Shown piece after piece: positions 57,166 to 64,000 of a DNA stretch of 64,000 nucleotides. The stretch's first letter is position 1. Every line of letters begins with the position of its first letter. The DNA is from Eledone cirrhosa. Its lineage: Eukaryota. The DNA lies in the NCBI GenBank assembly GCA_964016885.1, contig OZ024743.1, forward strand, positions 620,001 through 684,000, in the 5' to 3' direction. A program made the translations under genes and the position numbers. The notes beneath the pieces are model-generated. The model was not told where the DNA came from and did not search any database. It saw nothing but the letters and a program-made list of their open reading frames with translations.

Positions 57166-58299
57166 CTCAATTTATTGAATGGGTTGTATTACCCGTATAG
57201 AAAGCCGAATGATACGCTTAATTACATAAGTAAGCATTCCAACCATACTGCCAGCATAACCAAGAACCTGGTAAGAAACGTTTCGTTGAGGCTTTCCCGT
57301 CTTTCCACCAACGAGCGTAAATTACACAAAACTTTCCTGTATTACAGCCCCACGTTATACCCTAACGGATAGTACGATTTATACATGGATATTTTACGTC
57401 TTGATGTGGGAGCTAAGAAATGTTTTGTTTATACCATTACTTATTTGCATAGGTAAGTATATTTTACCCGTATGTTTTGTGAAGGTACGTATACCTTCTC
57501 GTACGTATATTTGATTGTTTATGTTATGGCGTATAATTTTATATATTCTGGTACATATGGTTTGGCTATGTGTATACGGGAGTTTTGCGTCTGTGTGAGT
57601 ATGCAGGTCCGTACGTATCTAGGGTGTGTGTATATGTGTACTTCATGTTTTGGTTGACTTACGTCTCCGAACATTCGTGTATTTACATGTAGGTATGTGT
57701 GTGCGCTTGTTATATACGTATTTATTTATTTATATACGTTTATATAATTATTTATTTATTTGTATACACGCATACACACACACACATATTTATATGTGCG
57801 TGGTTTTGTATACCGATGGTAAGTGTTCTGCGTATGCTTGTGTATGTACGTATTTATTTGCGTGTATGTATTTATTTATTTCTATTACTTCTGTATTGTA
57901 TTTATTTACTTTGTTCTTAACTCTGTAACGGAGATTCATTCGGTCTCCTAGTTAGAATTTTAGTCTACGACTTCTGCTATACCATTTACGTGGTTTTGTC
58001 TTTGTGTTCTCCACGATCCACATATGACGTATTATCTTCGTTTTTTTCGTTCATTGCCAGAGAACGTCTCTATGAACCACCTAAGAGAACATTAGTCTAC
58101 GACCTCTTTTATACCATAAACGTGGTTCTGTCTTTGCGCGTAATTGTTTTTCACCGCTCCTATTAATGACGTTTATATTCGTTTTTTCCCGTTCTTTGCC
58201 AGCGAACGTTTCCACGAACCAAAGTATCGTCTTCCTGTCTTCCTCCGGTTGCAACGTTTTTTGAAATATGCACTTCTGCGTTTACAGATTGACTTTGTT

Positions 58300-58350
58300 A
58301 GTTTCAGAAGATCCCGCTAAGGGTGAAAGCAGCGATTCTTTGCTTAAACT
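58300..58350 (+). ncRNA. Hammerhead-like motif with variant core (CAGAAGA) in the Naiad pseudo-LTR; mirror copy at 55352-55402 (-)
   Basis: AGTTT-CAGAAGA-T CCC GCTAA GGG T-GAAAGCAG..TTGCTT-AAACT. Confidence 0.6.
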
Positions 58351-58361
58351 TTAATCTGTTA

Positions 58362-58396
<35 letters not shown>

Positions 58397-58397
<1 letters not shown>

Positions 58398-58772
58398 GGG
58401 AAATTTGAACAGGAACAAAACAGAGAGGCAGTACAACGAATGTTTATTAATTTCACGCTCTTGAGAGTGGGTGGTGGTGGGGAACGACGTTTCGGGCATA
58501 AGCCCTTCTTCAGGTGAAAAGTGTGTGGGAAGAGAGTTCAAAGGGTGTGTAGGGGAGTGGTGGAGAGACATATAGCGAAAAGGGGGTGGGAGGAAACGGT
58601 GCGAATGAAATTAAAAATAAAAGCATGATCAAAATAAAATAAAATTAAAATGGGATAAAACAGGTGGTGGAAGGGTGTGGGGCGTGTAGGGGTGGTGGCG
58701 GGTGGAGTGGGGAGAGGGAGACGGGGTGTCCGAGCGGGGAGGGCTGAAGGTGGTGTGTGTGTGTAGGTGTAC

Positions 58773-58803
<31 letters not shown>

Positions 58804-59090
58804 AAAGCAAGGATTGGGGGAAGAACGGGGTTGCATGTTCAGGAAGAGGTGTGTGTGGGGTGGGGTGTAGGTCGGAGTTTCTGTGCGTGTGTGGATAGAG
58901 GGGTGGGGGGAGAGAAACCCGGAGGCTGAAGGTGTAAATATGTGGTGGAAAGCGCGTGTGTGTGGGGTTTTAGCGTGTTGTGGGTGTAGGTGGCGTGTGG
59001 GAAAAAAATGTTTTTTTGGGTGTGTGTGTGGGTGAGTTATAAAGGTGATTCTGTAAGAAGATGTGGTTGGATGGTTGGTAAACTCCTAGG
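58397..59090 (-). mobile_element. 3'-terminal ~700 bp of a second Neptune-type PLE copy, with hammerhead at 58484-58515
   Basis: Reverse complement is homologous to ~27900-28630. Confidence 0.9.
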
Positions 59091-59869
59091 ATGGTAGTTG
59101 ATTCCGCGGTCAAGGTCCACATACGAGTAATCCATGAAGAGATGGTATATCTATAAAAGATCCTTTCAGTAGAAAGTGTTGAAGAGATTTTCAGTGAGAT
59201 ATCAAAACATTAAGTTATTTACAATACCTTTTTCAATATTAAATGCATTGTCAATTGAGGATATGCAGAATATTGTTAAGTTGCATATCTGTACAAATAA
59301 GGATAATAATAATAATGAAGAAAATGAAAATAAAAAGAGGAAGACAAATTTATTTTCACATATATATTCATTCAGAGAAAAGAGGTCATTTCTCTATCCA
59401 TCCTAATCTGCTTATAGCTTGGTTGTGACAGGTTGTAGGAGTGGGTAGAGGGAGGAGGGGAGAGGAGAAGAGAAAGAAGGAGTGTTGGGAGGATGCTGTG
59501 AGAAGCCCTTTGAGGAGTGGATGTAAGTTCCAGTTGGGATTCGTTTGAAAGGCCGGGTGACCTTAGAGTTGACCAGGATGGGGTGGGGGTTTGATTGCTT
59601 CTAAAATAATCTATCTTGGTATTTTTTCTTAGAAGAAATCATCAACATTGGCCTTGATTTTTTGGCACAAAGAAGATTAAGAGTTATTGACTTACTAATT
59701 CCACCCCTAGCAGAAATTATTGTAAATAAATTAATGTGTTGATATCTCACTGAAAAAATATCCCTTCAACATTTTATAATGAAAGAGTCATTTTCCTTTC
59801 TACTATTTGTTTTTATATATATCAACTCGCGTGTTACTTTTCTGCATTCGATACATATATAGATAGATA

Positions 59870-62800
59870 ATAGATAGGTTTCTTTATTCGCTACGAGAGC
59901 GCAAAAGATGGGGAAAAATACAAAGGGGGAGTTTACATATATAAAAAATCGAGTAAACAGGTAATAACAATTAAATACAAACAAAAAGAACCAGTTGTTG
60001 GCCAGAGAGAAAAGTGTTTGACCTCAGCCCTTTCAATCTCGTCCACCATATAACCTCTTTCGCCTTAGCCATAACACAGAGGAAGACCGCGTCTCCTTCG
60101 TTTTTGAAGGGTGGTGGCGGTTTGATCGTGACAATGGACTCGGTAGTCAACCGGATTGGTCCCACCCGTGACAATAGTCGTTCTACATAGCCCCACAGGT
60201 CGGTAACGCCCGGGATGTGTACAAATGCGTGCGCGACGGTTTCCTCGTCGCGCACGCATCTCGGACAGATCTTTTTCGAGGGGCCCCTACCCGGGCGTCC
60301 GTGTGTGTAGAGCTTGTCCCGAACGGGTAGAGCTCCTCGGTAGCACTGCCAAGCCAGGGACTTTGGAAGTTGTCCATCGGTCCCGGGCCGAACGTCCGAC
60401 CGAACAGACTGGCTAATTCGTCCTCCTCCATGCCCAGAGTTTCTCCGAGAGCGTCGTCGCACTTGCTGCGAACCAACCCTCCATAAAATGTCGAGGTGGA
60501 GTCTCCACTGATTGCTGGGTCCGTTGCCAGAGGGCCTTGTGTGCCTGGGCACATTCAATGTGCCAGGTGCCCACTTTTCTCGGTCTTTGCTTGACCCATA
60601 ATTGCAGCTCGGTGAGCGAGACGAGTCGTGGAAAGGCTCACCTCACAAACGGGGTGCACACCGTTTGACCGGTGAGGAATACCTGGAGGTGCCGTAGCCT
60701 TAGTGCGTCAGCCACGGCATCCCCAGCCCTCCGTTAGAATGGTGTTGACAGCAGAAGGATCTTCTCATCAAAGGGACCCACTTCTTCCAGAGGAATTGGA
60801 AGAGCGCGCGCACTATTTTGGTGAGCGTTCTCGCTGGACAAGGCACGACGGTCAAGCGGTAGTAGTTCACGGACGCTATATAAGCGTTCGCCACCTTCGC
60901 TCGACCTTTCAAGGATAGTTTTCACTCGGCCCACTTCTGGGCGATTGCAAACACCTTGGCCGTTACCTCGTTCCAGTTTTTCTCCACCTGGAGGTCTGGT
61001 CCGAACCAGACCCCGAGCAGCTTCACCGGTCCCTCCGTCCAGCGTCCGACGACGCCATCGGAGGGTATCGGTTTGCCTCTCCACGTTCCGAGTTGCAAAC
61101 CGACCGACTTGTCCCGGTTCAGCTTGGCTCCTGTAAACATTTCGTATTCCTCCAGTAAGGTGCCGACTTGCTCGATTTGCGAGACGGTCGACACCATTAC
61201 TGTCACGTCATCGGCGTAGGCCGACACCACTTTCCACAATCCCAGTTCCAAGGGGATTCCCTGCAACAGCTCCAACTTCCGCAGTAGTGGCTCGAGAGCC
61301 AGCACATACAGATGGGAGGAGAGAGAGCATCCCTATCGGATGGATCGCGCGATTTGGAACGGCTCCAAGAGGTAGCTGTTCACCTTGAACCTTGAGCAGA
61401 TGTTGCTGCTGTGCATAGCAGCAATCCAACTCCTGAAAACGAGTCCGAAGACTGCTGCTGCGAGCACCTCATCCAGGTAACGATGGTCAACCCTATCGAA
61501 CGCCTTAGATTGATCCAAGTTGATCAGGGCCCCACTGAAGCCGGGTTAACTCCCTACCCTCTCTCGATGTATCGCATGAGGTGGAGGTTGGCGTGTATGG
61601 ACCTGCACAGGATTGCACATGTCTGCGCTTCTCCCGCCAGGTTCCCGACGACAAGCGCCAACCTCTTCGCTAACACCTTGGCCAAAATCTTTAGCAGAGT
61701 TATGGGTCTGAAGTTACCTATGTGGTCCCTCTTGTTTTCGTCCTTCCTCACTAGCGAGACTACGCCCTTGGTCACAGAACTGGGAATTCTTCCGTTCTGT
61801 TGCCAGTTGCAGTAGACCGCCTCGAGGAGATTGGAGAACAAATTCGGCATAGCTACGTAAGGTTCGTATGGTAGACCATCAAGACCCGGAGATTTGCGTT
61901 TGCCGCATTGGCTCAGCACGTCCCCTATTTCAGCGGCTGAAATCGGCCCTGCAGGACTTCGCCTCCCCGTCCGAGAGCCGCGGCAGTCAGTCGAGGTCTG
62001 GACCGAAATCCATAGTCTCTCCCGGCGCGCCGCCCCTCCCGAAAAGTCATGCAAAGTGCTACTGAAAGGCGGCGCACATCCGCTCTGGTTCAAGGATCAC
62101 ATGTCCAACCTGGTCCTTCAAAGACCGAATCGTGGACTTGTTTCCACTTTGTGCCTCTGTCACTCGGGCCCAGTTTTGGCTCCCTCGTATCTTAGAGCAC
62201 GTGTTTTACTCCTGACAACGGAGCCTTCGTGCTTTGCGTCAAAGAACTGGTCTAAGGCCGTTCTTGACACCAGCACGCTGGCCACGTTGCCACTCCTAAG
62301 TGCCTCTTCTACTCTATCTACTAGTTCTTTTTCCGTTTTACCTCTATCTAACGCTAGTTCCTTGCTAAATCCTATTGATTCCAATCTAATTGCTCTCTTG
62401 AGAGAGCTCCACCACCTGTTGCTAACTATTGCCCCCGTCAACTGTTGCTTAACTAATGTGCTAATTCGACTACTGTACGCTTTGCTTGTTACGACAAGCT
62501 TGGTAACGACAAGCTAGTTCAGCTTCCAGTAGCCGGCTCCCTGTCTATGGGTTCTTTCAAGGTTGATTATGCAGGTCACTAATTTGTGATCTGAATACTC
62601 AACCATAAACATTTGTGGACAGCTTAACATGTACCTATCCTTATTTCTAACTAGAAACCTATCTAAGTACGATCTAGATGTTCCGCTGCGGTTGGTCCCC
62701 GTCCACAGTGGCACAGTCGGAAAATCTAGTCGGTATCTATCGGCTAGTTCAAATCGGCCGATTAACTGTTTGAGGCTGGTACACGCCCCTCTATTGGGAC

Positions 62801-64000
62801 ATGCCCCCTACATAGTCCCAACGTGCATCCAGGATTCCATTCCAGTCCCCCACTAAAAGCAAGGAGCGGGACGTTCCCAGAAAAGTCTCTAGACGTTTGA
62901 AGAAGTCCGGCTGCGGTGTCCCGGAAGGGGCATATGCGGCTACCAGCCTAAAGGCTCCACCTTCACTACTGTCGGCGTCTAGGACCACCAGTCGACCCTC
63001 CGGGTCCAGGTGTACCTTCTGCGTTGCAAGGCCCATGTGTTTCCGCAGGAAAACGGCAACTCCACCCCCCCATCCCGGCTGACAGAGAGATGCGTAGATA
63101 TCAAAGTCATCGAAGATGGGGGCCAGCTGGCGTTAGCTGTGGATCCTGGACTCGCAAATGGCTACTACATCCATACTGTGCGACCTGAGATTATTTAAGA
63201 GTTAGCCCTGTTTCCAGGGCATCCCCAGGCCGCGTACATTTACGCACCCAACTCTTATATCAGCCATGTTGGTGGTGAAGAGTTAAAAGTAGAGAAAAGA
63301 AAACACCTATCTGTTCGTCTCCTGGGGACCAGGTTGCACAATTTCCATGGGGGTGTTGGATGGGTTGTTTGGTGGGGTGGTGGTTTCTGGCGGGGTGGGG
63401 TGTCTGATGGGGTGGGGGTGTCTGGGGTTTGGGATGAAACATTTTAAGAGGATACGGTTCATAGATTTAATACAGGAGTTCCCTACGTCCTCCTTAAAGT
63501 TTTCTTTTTGGCGATTTGTAAGTGTCCGTAGGGACCTTGATCATCATTAAGTTTGGTCTGTTTGAACATTTTGTGAATTGTTTCCCTTCGGTTCCCACCG
63601 AAGTGTTTTTGGCGATGGGCTACATTAGTGTTTTATTGTTTGAGTTTATAGATGTGTAGTGTTTCTGTTGTGTTGTGTTAGTTTTTGTCTGTGTTTTGTG
63701 TTTCTTGTGTATGTTTTCGCTTTGTTGTAGGTGTTTGGAGTGTTGTCGTTTTGTTTTCGGGAAGGGGGGGGGGGTGATGTTTGTGTTGTTTGTGTTAGTG
63801 GTTGTGTGTTTATTGTATTTTTGTCTGTGTGGTGTCTCTTCTTTTTTCTTTTTATCGGACAGAAAGGCTCTCCCTCATCGTCACTGGGTGACGATGATGG
63901 GGTTTCGTCCGTTGTGATGTTCGTGTTGTTGGGGAGGGGATACATTTTGGGAAGCTGTTATGTGTGTGGGTGTTTCTGGAGTTGTTTTGGGTGGGGAAGG
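59870..64000 (-). mobile_element. Tx1/L1-type LINE, decayed; runs off the window end
   Basis: ORF2 from ATG 63267: IRVGCVNVRGLG, VGDWN, SYLDRF, YSDHK, GYWKLN (APE); KSPGLDGLP, FRPITLL, DQSKAFDRV, YADD (RT); zf-RVT; AATAAA at ~59885; low-complexity ORF1 C-terminus above 63.3 kb. Confidence 0.93.
59990..63267 (-). pseudogene. LINE ORF2 (APE endonuclease, reverse transcriptase, zf-RVT) with many stops and frameshifts
   Basis: Collinear motif-bearing fragments in the ORF track from 63036 down to 59971. Confidence 0.9.

Larger units (their letters stand above)
55241..58369 (-). mobile_element. Naiad-type Penelope-like element: 3' end with an inverted pseudo-LTR (arms 55333-56384 / 57318-58369)
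   Basis: ~1050-bp near-identical inverted repeats around RT C-terminal and GIY-YIG coding sequence; (TA)n at both ends. Confidence 0.9.

Noticed and set aside
55775-57928. Duplicated 100-aa, 73-aa and 61-aa ORFs on opposite strands
   Set aside because: Produced by the inverted pseudo-LTR; low complexity and non-coding
59100-59850. Possible further PLE endonuclease remnant (RLFLEA-like peptide, minus strand)
   Set aside because: Single weak motif and no continuous frame

Overview
AT-rich, gene-poor eukaryotic (animal) DNA saturated with (TA)n/(CA)n/(GA)n/(TACA)n microsatellites. The repeat content suggests a mollusc, probably a cephalopod (inference). I found no host protein-coding gene; nearly all ORFs in the track are microsatellite or antisense artefacts. 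Recognisable elements: a near-intact Neptune-type Penelope-like element (PLE; RT+GIY-YIG, 25.1-28.6 kb) plus a second 3' copy; a Naiad-type PLE 3' end with ~1.05 kb inverted pseudo-LTRs (55.2-58.4 kb); a decayed Tx1/L1-type LINE (59.9-64 kb) and a fragment of it; an R4/Dong-like RLE-LINE fragment in (TACA)n; about 11 tRNA-derived Meta/MESC-core SINEs; a non-autonomous Helitron; a mariner-type MITE. The most striking pattern is a dense set of short non-coding elements sitting inside (TA)n tracts that carry type I hammerhead ribozyme (HHR) motifs and are often folded back into palindromes or amplified in tandem. Examples are a 310-bp retrozyme-like array with an inversion and a perfect 224-bp palindrome with two divergent HHRs. 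A 40-bp hairpin minisatellite (~41 copies) is built from the inverted head of the adjacent SINE. All structures were read by eye and have not been computed.
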